A stretch of 64,000 bases of DNA from Pseudomonadota bacterium (GTDB lineage: Bacteria > Pseudomonadota > Alphaproteobacteria > Rhodobacterales > Rhodobacteraceae), in contig JBCCJI010000014.1 of the NCBI GenBank assembly GCA_039027855.1, positions 33,492-97,491 on the forward strand, in the 5' to 3' direction. Below the pieces are notes generated by a model, which saw only the letters and a program-made list of their open reading frames with translations, was not told the origin of the DNA and made no database searches. How positions within the stretch are numbered: the first letter of the stretch is position 1; each line of letters begins with the position of its first letter. Below, piece after piece: positions 1 to 8,697 of this stretch. Made by a program: the position numbers and the translations under genes.

Positions 1-909
1 ACACTGCGGGACATGTGGCCGTTTAGTGGATCGCTGCACTACGAAGCGATCGACGCCGAAACGCGGCAGCGAGCAGGCTACCCTCCCCTACCGATGACAC
101 GGCGGACAATCGCGCCGCTCGATCTCGACCGCTGGACGCATCGCCGAAAGCTCAGCGCCTGGCGCGATCTCGATCTGCATATCGTCGGGCTCAGCCATTG
201 GATTGCCGAGGCCGCGCGCCAGTCCGAGCTGTTCGGACATCGACCCGTTACCCGGATCCCCAACACCATCGACCTGGAGAGATTTCACCCGCGCAACCGG
301 GCAACTGCACGGCAGATCATCGGCCTGCCCGAAGACGCACGGATCATCCTGTTCGGCGCCGTCGGCGGAGGTCGCGATCCACGCAAGGGCGCGACACTAC
401 TATACCGCGCGCTCGACGAGGTATGGCAGGCGCTGGCGCCTGATGAGCGCGCACGCACCATGGCAGTGCTCTACGGCTCGTCGGTCGGACGCGCCGATGG
501 TGAAGGCATGCCGGTGCGCGCGCTCGGCCGGTTCGAGGACGACGCCTCGCTGGCCCTGTTGCACGCCGCCGCCGATCTCTTCGTGGCCCCCTCGGTTCAG
601 GAAAATCTGCCCAACACGGTTATTGAGGCGGCAGCATGCGGCCGCCCGGCAATCGCGTTTGATATCGGCGGCATGCCCGACGTGATCCGCCATGGCGAGA
701 CCGGTTTCCTCGTGCCCCTCGGTGATGTCTCGGCTCTCGCGCGACATCTGCGCGACATGCTCGTCGACGACGGACTCCGCGAGAGGCTGGGCCATGGCGC
801 GCGGCGTCATGCCGAGGCTAGCTTCGCCCCTCAGCATGTCCTGCCCGCCTATGCCGCGCTTTACGCCGATGTCCTCGCGGCACGGGGGCGTGCAGCGCAC
901 AAATGGTGA
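1..909 (+). CDS. Glycosyltransferase family 4 (GT-B), 5'-truncated by window edge
   Basis: Frame is open from base 1; GT4 motifs VAPSVQENLPNTVIEAAACGRP and DIGGMPDVIRHGETGFLV. Confidence 0.9.
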   Translation, partial: TLRDMWPFSGSLHYEAIDAETRQRAGYPPLPMTRRTIAPLDLDRWTHRRKLSAWRDLDLHIVGLSHWIAEAARQSELFGHRPVTRIPNTIDLERFHPRNRATARQIIGLPEDARIILFGAVGGGRDPRKGATLLYRALDEVWQALAPDERARTMAVLYGSSVGRADGEGMPVRALGRFEDDASLALLHAAADLFVAPSVQENLPNTVIEAAACGRPAIAFDIGGMPDVIRHGETGFLVPLGDVSALARHLRDMLVDDGLRERLGHGARRHAEASFAPQHVLPAYAALYADVLAARGRAAHKW

Positions 910-995
910 TGCCGACAGTCTTAGAGGCGTTAGAGGCGACCCAACCGCGCGCCCATCACCGGCCGTTCCGATGATCGATCGGCGGAGCCCGCCAG

Positions 996-2162
996 ATGCT
1001 TGATCAGACGCTTGGCGGCACCGCCGCGTCGCCCAACGCCAGCGTGGTCTTTGTGACCCGCAAATGGCCGCCTGCGGTCGGTGGCATGGAGACCTATTCG
1101 CGGCGCCTGACAGAGGCGATCTCGGCGGAGCGGGCCATCCGTGTGATCGCGGCACCGGGCAGAGAGGACGGTAGCCCGCCATCGGCGATCGCACTGGTGC
1201 TGTTCGGCCTCCGCGCCGGATGGCGCCTGCTCGCCCCCCGGCTCGCCCCCCGGCTCACTCACCGGCACACCGCAGCTTTGCTGCATATCGGCGATATGGC
1301 GTTGTGGCCGCTGGCGCTCCCCGCCCGGCTGCGCGGTTGCCGGGTGGTCGTACTCTCGGCCCACGGCACCGATGTGGGCTTCGCGCGAAGGCGCAACCTC
1401 AAAGGTCGGCTCTATCGCGCGTATCTGCAGCTGGGAGCGTGGCTCTTGCCCCGTCTTTTCTCGCGTCGCGCTGTCATTGCGAACTCCGCAGCAACCGCCA
1501 CGGCGCTCCGCGAGGTCGGTTTCCCAGCCACCCGGATCGTACCGCTGGCAACGGATCTGCGCCTGTCGGGCATGCCACCCACCATACCGGCAAAGCGGCT
1601 CCTGTTCGCAGGACGCCTCATCAAGCGAAAGGGGCTCGGCTGGTTCGTGCGAAGTGTGTTGCCGGGGCTGCCCGAGGAGATCGGTCTCGATGTCGCCGGC
1701 ACCGTCTGGGATGCCGATGAGGGCACGGCGCTTGAGGATCGGCGGGTCCGGTTCCTCGGCCCTCTTCCACCGGAGGCGCTGGCTCAGGCCTATCGCGAGG
1801 CACTCGCGGTCATCGTGCCCAACGTGGCCGGCGCCGAGGGCGAGTTCGAGGGTTTCGGCCTTGTCGCGGCCGAAGCCGCGGTCGCCGGCGCCGTCGTGCT
1901 CGCCGCCCGGCGGGATGGTCTGGTCGAGGCTGTCCGTGACGGTGAGACGGGCTTTCTGCTGCCATCGGGCGATGCCGCGGCATGGCAGTCCCGGATCATC
2001 GAGGTGGCCGGATGGCAGGGCGAAGCTCGCGCAGCCTTCGTCGCGCAGGCGCAGGTGCGCGCCGCCGAAGTCTATAGCTGGCAGCGCGTCGCGGCCGACA
2101 CCATGGCGGTCTACGACGCTCTCATGGCCTCTCAGGCGACCGACAACCCGAAAGATCGCTGA
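996..2162 (+). CDS. Glycosyltransferase family 4 (PimA/RfaB-like)
   Basis: N-terminal KWPPAVGGMETY; FAGRLIKRKG; EGFGLVAAEAAVAG; DGETGFL. Confidence 0.9.
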   Translation: MLDQTLGGTAASPNASVVFVTRKWPPAVGGMETYSRRLTEAISAERAIRVIAAPGREDGSPPSAIALVLFGLRAGWRLLAPRLAPRLTHRHTAALLHIGDMALWPLALPARLRGCRVVVLSAHGTDVGFARRRNLKGRLYRAYLQLGAWLLPRLFSRRAVIANSAATATALREVGFPATRIVPLATDLRLSGMPPTIPAKRLLFAGRLIKRKGLGWFVRSVLPGLPEEIGLDVAGTVWDADEGTALEDRRVRFLGPLPPEALAQAYREALAVIVPNVAGAEGEFEGFGLVAAEAAVAGAVVLAARRDGLVEAVRDGETGFLLPSGDAAAWQSRIIEVAGWQGEARAAFVAQAQVRAAEVYSWQRVAADTMAVYDALMASQATDNPKDR

Positions 2163-2205
2163 AGAGACAGCGCGAAAGCCGCGCTCGATGCGGATGCTGC
2201 GATGC

Positions 2206-3195
2206 TCAGTCCGCCTTTGGCCCAAGCGCCACCTGCCATAGCGGCAAGAGTGCCCGCGCAAGGAACGGGATCGAGGCGAGACCGACAGCAAGACCGACGA
2301 CACCCGCCGCCGCGGCGTTGGCGATCCAGGTCATCGCGCCCTCCAGCACGCCGAAGCCCTGGCCGATCCCCTCGGCCCAATGGTGGATCGCGTGTTCAAG
2401 GCCATGCTGGCCCATCTCGGCAAGACCGTGGATCAGAATGCCGCCGCCGACCCAGAGCATCGCGGCCGTCCCGACCACCGTAAGCCCGGTCATCATCCGG
2501 GGCACGATCGTGCTGACCAGCAGGCGGCCAAAGCGGATGCGGGCTTCGGCCCCCGGTTCCTCCGGATCGGTGGCGGCTAGTCGTATGCCGAAATCATCGG
2601 CCCTTACCAGCAGCGCGACCGCACCATAGACGGCGAAGGTGATGAGCGTGCCGACGATGCCGAGAACCAGCGCCTGGTTCAGGAACGGCGCATCGGCGAC
2701 GGTGGAGAGGGTGAGCGCCATGATCTCGGCCGAGAGGATGAAATCGGTGCGAATGGCGCTTGCGACGCGGATCTCCTCCAGTTCCTCGGCGGTCTCGGCG
2801 CCGCCCTGCACCTCTTTCTCGTGCTTCTCCGCCGCATGCGGCCGCACCGCGTGCAGCACCTTCTCCGCCCCCTCATAGGCGAGGTAGAGCCCACCCAGCA
2901 TCAAAAGCGGCGTGATCAGCCCCGGCGCGATGGAGGCGAGCAGCAGCGCGGCCGGCAACAGGAACAGAAGCTTGTTCTTGAGCGACCCCTTAGCGATGCG
3001 CACGATGATCGGGATCTCACGGTCCGAGGGAAGACCGGTGACATAGCCGGGCGTCACGGCAGCATCGTCGATGACGATCCCGGCCGATTTGATGCCGGCC
3101 TTGGCCGTCTGGGCGGCGATATCATCAAGCGAGGCGGCGGCCGTGCGCGCCAACAGGGCAACTTCGTCGAGCAGCGCTAGTAATCCGACACTCAT
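2206..3195 (-). CDS. DUF808 (YedI-like) inner membrane protein
   Basis: Start moved to MSVGLLALLDEVA; family motifs VIDDAAVTP, REIPII, KGSLKNKL, AIRTDFILSAEIM; several TM segments. Confidence 0.85.
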   Translation of the reverse strand: MSVGLLALLDEVALLARTAAASLDDIAAQTAKAGIKSAGIVIDDAAVTPGYVTGLPSDREIPIIVRIAKGSLKNKLLFLLPAALLLASIAPGLITPLLMLGGLYLAYEGAEKVLHAVRPHAAEKHEKEVQGGAETAEELEEIRVASAIRTDFILSAEIMALTLSTVADAPFLNQALVLGIVGTLITFAVYGAVALLVRADDFGIRLAATDPEEPGAEARIRFGRLLVSTIVPRMMTGLTVVGTAAMLWVGGGILIHGLAEMGQHGLEHAIHHWAEGIGQGFGVLEGAMTWIANAAAAGVVGLAVGLASIPFLARALLPLWQVALGPKAD

Positions 3196-3574
3196 GGGCG
3201 GGCCTCCGTGGTCCTTTGCTGCTTGATAACGCGTCGGCGAAGGATCGTCGCCTGTGCAAAGCCCTGCCCTGCACCGCCGTGACCGCCGTGGCGGGCAAGC
3301 CGCAGTGCGGGGCACCGGGCCAGACGATGCCGGCGGATCAAAGGTGGCGCAGAGCAGGGCGCCGGCACGCCCGCCCTTGGACCGCGCACACGTCGTCGAT
3401 CACGCTGGATCAGAGGTCCCTCGGCGGCGCGTTCCCGCTAAAGGACGCCGGAAAAAAGTCTCCGCAAACCGCCGGCCGATCCCAGGCGACCCCATGAGAT
3501 GACCCCATGAGATCTCGGGCGACCGGGCACCCATGCAGCACGCATCGCGGCGACCAGCCGCGATACCGTTAAGC

Positions 3575-4486
3575 TCAGCGGCTGGCGTAGAAGGCGCGGC
3601 CGATCGAGGCGGGGGCGTTGGCGCGGGCGATGGCGGGGTTAATGCTGATCAGCACCAGCGCCGCGATGGTAGCGAGATAGGGCACGGCGGCCAGCGCCTG
3701 GCTCGGCAATGGCAGGCCAAAGCTCTGGCCGTAGAACTGCAGCTGGGTAAAGGCCGCGAACAGAAAGGCGCCCAGCACCAACCGCTCGGGCTTCCAGGTG
3801 GCGAAAACCACCAGCGCCACGGCGATCCAGCCCCGCCCGGCAGTCATGTTCTCCCCCCACATGGGCGTGTAGGCGAGGCTCAGATAACCACCGGCAACGC
3901 CCGCCATCGCGCCGCCAAACAGCACCGCCAGGCTGCGGATCAGCACGACCCGCAGGCCCATCGCATGCGCCGCCTCCGGGCTGTCGCCCACCGCCCGCAG
4001 CCAGAGGCCGAGGCGCGAGAAGCGCAGCAGCACGAACAGCGCCACGGCCAGCGCCAAGGCCGCGTAGACCAGCGGGTCCTGCCCGAAAAGGATGCGCCCG
4101 ATCGGGCCTGCGGTCGACAGCCCCGGGATGTGGATCGGCGATGGCGGCGTCACCGTCTCTCCCACATAGCCCTGCCCGAACAGGCCCGAAGCACCGATGC
4201 CGAAAATCGTGAGCGCGAGACCCGTGGCCGCCTGGTTCGCCAGCATCAGCACCGAGACCACGACGAACACCACGGCCAGCGCCATGCCGGCCAGCGCCCC
4301 CGCGACGATCCCGATGTACGGATTGCCGGTTGTGAGCGCCGCGGCAAAGGCGGTGACAGCGCCCACGAGCATCATGCCTTCCACACCGAGGTTTAGAACC
4401 CCGGTCCGCTCGGCCACCAGCTCGCCGAGGCCGGCAAAAAGGAAGGGCGTCGTGGCCACCAGGACCGAGGCGACGAAGGCTTCCAT
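3575..4486 (-). CDS. ABC transporter permease (BPD_transp_2, nucleoside/purine NupC-like)
   Basis: ERTGVLNLGVEGMM, MTAGRGWIAVALVVFATWKP; overlaps the upstream permease by 1 nt. Confidence 0.9.
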   Translation of the reverse strand: MEAFVASVLVATTPFLFAGLGELVAERTGVLNLGVEGMMLVGAVTAFAAALTTGNPYIGIVAGALAGMALAVVFVVVSVLMLANQAATGLALTIFGIGASGLFGQGYVGETVTPPSPIHIPGLSTAGPIGRILFGQDPLVYAALALAVALFVLLRFSRLGLWLRAVGDSPEAAHAMGLRVVLIRSLAVLFGGAMAGVAGGYLSLAYTPMWGENMTAGRGWIAVALVVFATWKPERLVLGAFLFAAFTQLQFYGQSFGLPLPSQALAAVPYLATIAALVLISINPAIARANAPASIGRAFYASR

Positions 4487-5598
4487 CAGCCATCCTCCGT
4501 TGCGGCGGTGCCGGCGTTCGGCGTTGCGACCGCTGGGCTTGGCGTCCAGCGGATCCGGTAGCGCGTCAGCGTATCAGCGGCGAGCAGGAAGAAGAGCAGC
4601 AGGCCCTGGAACAACGCCGTGACGTTCTTCGGCATATTCAGCATGATCTGCGCGTTCTCACCGCCGATGAAACTGAGCGCGAGGAGCGTCGCACCGATCA
4701 GCGCACCGGCCGGGTTCAACCGCCCGAGAAAGGCGACGATGATGGCGGTGAAGCCGTACTCGGCCGAAATCTCGGGCTGCAATTGGCTGACGGTGGCCGA
4801 CACTTCGATCGCCCCAGCCAGCCCTGCGAGCCCGCCCGAGAGCATCAGCGCAAACCAGATCGAACGGTTGCGCTCGAAACCGGCAAAGGCACCGGCCCGC
4901 GGCTCGGCACCCAGCACGCGGAGCGCATAGCCCTGGCGCATGCGCGCCAGCATAAGCCCCAGGCCAAGCGCCACGGGGACCGCGATCAGCAGGCCGGCAT
5001 GCAGCCGCGTGCCCGGCATCAGCACCGGCATGATGAAGGCATCGGGGAAATCGCGCGATTGCGGAAAGCCGAAACCCGCCGGATCGCGCAGCGGCCCGCG
5101 CACCGCCCAGTCGAGCATCAGCGCCGCCACATAGGTGAGCATCAGCGTCACCAGGATCTCGTTGGTGCCGAACCGCGTGCGCAGGAAGGCCGGGATCGCC
5201 GCCCAGGCCATGCCGGCCAGCGTGCCGACGATCAGATACATCGCCAGCCAATGGAGACCGGTCAGCTCACCCGGAAACTGCAGGGCCATTGCCCCGGCGA
5301 TCAGCGCGCCGAAGGTGTATTGCCCGGCCGCGCCGATATTCCACACATTGGCGCGAAAGCCGACGGCGAGCCCCGCGCCCATCAGCGCAAGCGGCACCAT
5401 CTTCACCACCACCTCGGCGCGGGTATAGGCATCGGTGAGCGGCGAGACGAAATAGACGTAGAGCGCCTCGAGCGGGGGACGGCCGAGCAAGCCCATCATC
5501 ACGGCGCCCGCGATCAGCGTCGCCGTCACCGCAGCGACCGGCGCCAGGATGAGCAGGGCGAGCGTCGGCTCGTTGCGGGGCTCAAGGCGCAGGCTCAT
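4486..5598 (-). CDS. ABC transporter permease (nucleoside/purine NupB-like)
   Basis: NVWNIGAAGQ, NEILVTLML, YGFTAIIVAFLGRLNP. Confidence 0.9.
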   Translation of the reverse strand: MSLRLEPRNEPTLALLILAPVAAVTATLIAGAVMMGLLGRPPLEALYVYFVSPLTDAYTRAEVVVKMVPLALMGAGLAVGFRANVWNIGAAGQYTFGALIAGAMALQFPGELTGLHWLAMYLIVGTLAGMAWAAIPAFLRTRFGTNEILVTLMLTYVAALMLDWAVRGPLRDPAGFGFPQSRDFPDAFIMPVLMPGTRLHAGLLIAVPVALGLGLMLARMRQGYALRVLGAEPRAGAFAGFERNRSIWFALMLSGGLAGLAGAIEVSATVSQLQPEISAEYGFTAIIVAFLGRLNPAGALIGATLLALSFIGGENAQIMLNMPKNVTALFQGLLLFFLLAADTLTRYRIRWTPSPAVATPNAGTAATEDG

Positions 5599-7244
5599 GC
5601 CGCGGCCCCGGGATGGCCGGGGGCTCGGCCCGCCTTGGCAGTCTGTTCGCCAGCTTCACCGGCATCGGGATCGCCATCGGGGAATGCGTCCGCAGGCTCA
5701 CCTGGGGCGGGCGGTACCTCGACCTTCTGTCCCGCCATCATCAGGCCGATGAGGCGAGCATCGAGGCGGGCGGTCTCGCGCGCTGTGCTCAGGCGGCCGC
5801 GATACATAACCGCGATCCGGTCCGACAGCGCGAAAAGCTCGTCGAGATCCTGGCTGATGATCAGCACCCCCGCCCCGTCGGCGGCAAGATCGACCAGCGC
5901 CTGGCGGATGCGCGCGGCCGCCGCCGCATCCACGCCCCAGGTCGGCTGATCGACGACCAACAGGCGGGGTTTGCGCAGGATCTCGCGGCCCATGATGAAT
6001 TTCTGCAGGTTGCCGCCCGAGAGGCTCGCCGCCACCGGTTTCTCGGTCGAGGCGCGCACGTCGAACGCCTCGCGCACCCGGTCGACCCAGGCGCGCGCGC
6101 CGGCCATGTTGAGAAACCCGCCACGGGTCATGCGCGCCTCGCCATGGTGGCTCAGCATCAGGTTCTCATCGAGACCCATGGCCGGCACGGTCGCGTGGTG
6201 GCTACGATCCTCGGGCACAAAGGCTGCCCCGAGGCGGCGGCGCGAGGCCGGGTCGCGATGGGCCGCGCGCTTCTGGTTGATCTCGATCGCGCCCTTTAAC
6301 AGCGGCAGGCGGATCTCGCCGGTCAGTGCGCGGACCAGCTCGTTCTGACCCTCGCCCGCGACACCGGCGATGCCGACGATCTCGTGGCTTTTGACCTCGA
6401 GATAGATGTTGCGGAGCTTGCGCCCGCCGGTCTGCTTTTCGCTGAGGGTGAGCGCGCGCAGGCGGAGGCGCGTCTTGGGCTCACCATCCGGTTTTGGCGG
6501 GCGGGCGACAGCCGCGATCTTATCGCCCACCATCATCTCGGCAATGTCGCCCGCCGGTGTGACGGCCGGGTCGCAATGGCCGACGAGCCGCCCGCGTCGC
6601 AGCACGGTGGCCCGCTGGCAAAGCGCTGTCACCTCGGCCAGGCGATGGGTAATGTAGAGGAGCGCACAGCCCTTGTCGGACAGCCGGCGCACCGCCTCGA
6701 ACAGGGTGTCGGCCTCCTGCGGGGTCAGCACGGAGGTGGGTTCGTCGAGGATCAACAGGCGCGGGTTCTGCAGCAGGCAGCGCACCACCTCGACCCGCTG
6801 GCGTTGCCCGGCCGAAAGGCTGTGCACCCGGCGGTCGGGGTCGAGCGGCAGACCGACCTCGCGCGAGATCTGGTCGATCTTCTCCGCCAACCCGCCAAGC
6901 GAGAGGTGCGGCAGCGCGATGGCGATGTTTTCGGTAACGCTCAACGCATCGAACAGCGAGAAATGCTGAAACACCATGCCGATACCGGTGGCCCGCGCTT
7001 CGGCCGGGCTCGACAGCCGGGCGGGCGCGCCCTGCCAGCGGATCACACCCGCATCGGGTGCCAGCAGCCCATAGAGCGTCTTGACCAGTGTCGATTTGCC
7101 GGCGCCGTTCTCGCCCACCAGCGCGTGGCGCTCTCCGGGCATCAGGCTTAGCGAGACGGCATCGAGCGCGGTGAAATCACCAAAGCGCTTGGTCAGGCCC
7201 TCAACCTCAAGCAGCGGGACAGCCGTCGGCACAGCGGCGCTCAC
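5595..7244 (-). CDS. ABC transporter ATP-binding protein (CUT2, two NBDs)
   Basis: Walker A GENGAGKST; LSAGQRQ and LSGGNLQK signatures; ILDEPT. Probable GTG start at 7244; the longer ORF overlaps gpt. Confidence 0.9.
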   Translation of the reverse strand: MSAAVPTAVPLLEVEGLTKRFGDFTALDAVSLSLMPGERHALVGENGAGKSTLVKTLYGLLAPDAGVIRWQGAPARLSSPAEARATGIGMVFQHFSLFDALSVTENIAIALPHLSLGGLAEKIDQISREVGLPLDPDRRVHSLSAGQRQRVEVVRCLLQNPRLLILDEPTSVLTPQEADTLFEAVRRLSDKGCALLYITHRLAEVTALCQRATVLRRGRLVGHCDPAVTPAGDIAEMMVGDKIAAVARPPKPDGEPKTRLRLRALTLSEKQTGGRKLRNIYLEVKSHEIVGIAGVAGEGQNELVRALTGEIRLPLLKGAIEINQKRAAHRDPASRRRLGAAFVPEDRSHHATVPAMGLDENLMLSHHGEARMTRGGFLNMAGARAWVDRVREAFDVRASTEKPVAASLSGGNLQKFIMGREILRKPRLLVVDQPTWGVDAAAAARIRQALVDLAADGAGVLIISQDLDELFALSDRIAVMYRGRLSTARETARLDARLIGLMMAGQKVEVPPAPGEPADAFPDGDPDAGEAGEQTAKAGRAPGHPGAAA

Positions 7245-7249
7245 AGATC

Positions 7250-7756
7250 TCAGCCCCGGCCGCGCAGGGGATCGACGTATTGCAGCGCCATGTCCCAGGG
7301 GAAGAAGATCCAGGTGTCCTGGCTGACCTCGGTGACGTAGGTGTCGACCTCGGGCGCGCCGCGCGGCTTGGCGTAGATCGTCGCGAAATGGGCCTTGGGC
7401 AGGTGCTCGCGGATCAGCCGTAGTGTGCGACCGGTATCGGCCAGATCGTCGACCACCAGCACACCCGTACCGTCGCCCACATGGGACGGATCGGGCGTTT
7501 TGAGCAACCGCGCCTGCCCCTGGGTCTGATGGTCGTAGGACTTGACGCCGACGGTGTCGACGACGCGCACGTCCAGCTCGCGCGCCACGATGCAGGCCGG
7601 CACCATGCCGCCGCGGGTGATCGCCACCACCGCCCGCCAGGCGCCCTCGGCGCCAGGACCGCGGCCGGACAGTCGCCAGGCGAGCGCACGGCTGTCGCGG
7701 TGCATCTGCTCCCACGACACGTGAAAACCCTTCTCGTAGGGAAGCCTCTCGTCCAT
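7250..7756 (-). CDS. gpt: Xanthine-guanine phosphoribosyltransferase
   Basis: [24 protein letters not shown] motif [23 protein letters not shown]. Confidence 0.92.
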   Translation of the reverse strand: MDERLPYEKGFHVSWEQMHRDSRALAWRLSGRGPGAEGAWRAVVAITRGGMVPACIVARELDVRVVDTVGVKSYDHQTQGQARLLKTPDPSHVGDGTGVLVVDDLADTGRTLRLIREHLPKAHFATIYAKPRGAPEVDTYVTEVSQDTWIFFPWDMALQYVDPLRGRG

Positions 7757-7924
7757 CACGCGCCCATTCGGCCGGCTGCTACCCCTTCGCTCATAGACCA
7801 AACCGACCCGCGTCTCAAAGAGGTCACTCGCCTTGTCGTGAAAAGCAATGGACGGCAGGGGCACGATTGCTGCAGCGCAACCACAGGGGCCTTGGCGCTG
7901 TCCCTGACGGCTAACGAGGGAGGG

Positions 7925-8563
7925 TCAGGCAGCCGCCGTTGCGCCGACGGTTTCCGCAAGCTCCGCGGCGAGGGCCGCGATCTCCTCGGCGGCGCGTGCG
8001 GCACGGGGTACTTCACCCGCCCCGCGACCGGTCATAAACGCCTCGGCAAAGGCCGACCGGGCGCCGATACGGGTGGCGAGAACCGGGGCGCCGAGCGCGC
8101 GCGCCTCGGCCATCGCCGCCTCGGCCACCCGGCCGCGCGGGGGTACACGGTTCATCACGATGGCATGCGGGATGCCGATGTCGTTCAGATGGTCGAGCGT
8201 CGCCCGCGTCGCCCAGACATCCGCGGCCGAGGGCTGACAGGGGACCAGCGCGAAATCGGCGGCGCGCATGGCCGACCGGCCCAGGCTGTCGGCCGATCCC
8301 GGCGCATCGACAAAGGTCCAATCCGCGCCCCTGGCCGCGTCGTTGATATCGGACCGTGCCCGCCATTCGGCGCTTTCGATCACGTCGATGGGCGGCAGAC
8401 CCGAGGGGCGCGCCCGCGACCAGTCGAGCGTTGAGCGCTGGGGATCGAGATCGAGCAGGCGCACGCGGCGCCCCTGCCCTGCCATGGCGGCGGCAAGCGA
8501 GGTCAGCAGCGTCGTCTTGCCCGCGCCGCCCTTTTGCTGGGTCAGCAGGATCACATGGCCCAT
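7925..8563 (-). CDS. parA: Short ParA/MinD-family ATPase with no adjacent ParB
   Basis: Deviant Walker A QKGGAGKTT; DLDPQRS; FVDAPG; ALVPCQPSAADVWA. Confidence 0.85.
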   Translation of the reverse strand: MGHVILLTQQKGGAGKTTLLTSLAAAMAGQGRRVRLLDLDPQRSTLDWSRARPSGLPPIDVIESAEWRARSDINDAARGADWTFVDAPGSADSLGRSAMRAADFALVPCQPSAADVWATRATLDHLNDIGIPHAIVMNRVPPRGRVAEAAMAEARALGAPVLATRIGARSAFAEAFMTGRGAGEVPRAARAAEEIAALAAELAETVGATAAA

Positions 8564-8607
8564 CGCCGCGCCCTCCCTGTGTTCTCGATTCCTATGACAC
8601 TACAGGA

Positions 8608-8632
8608 AGGGGCCTACGGCGCCTAGGCCCCT
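8608..8632. terminator. 9-bp perfect hairpin between the RND gene and parA (possible terminator or operator)
   Basis: aggggccta-cggcgcc-taggcccct; weak U-tract. Confidence 0.35.
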
Positions 8633-8697
8633 ATATCCTGTATTCGACCATTGGCGACAGCCGCTCATCGGCGCCTCAGTCACTCCGCCGGCATGAG

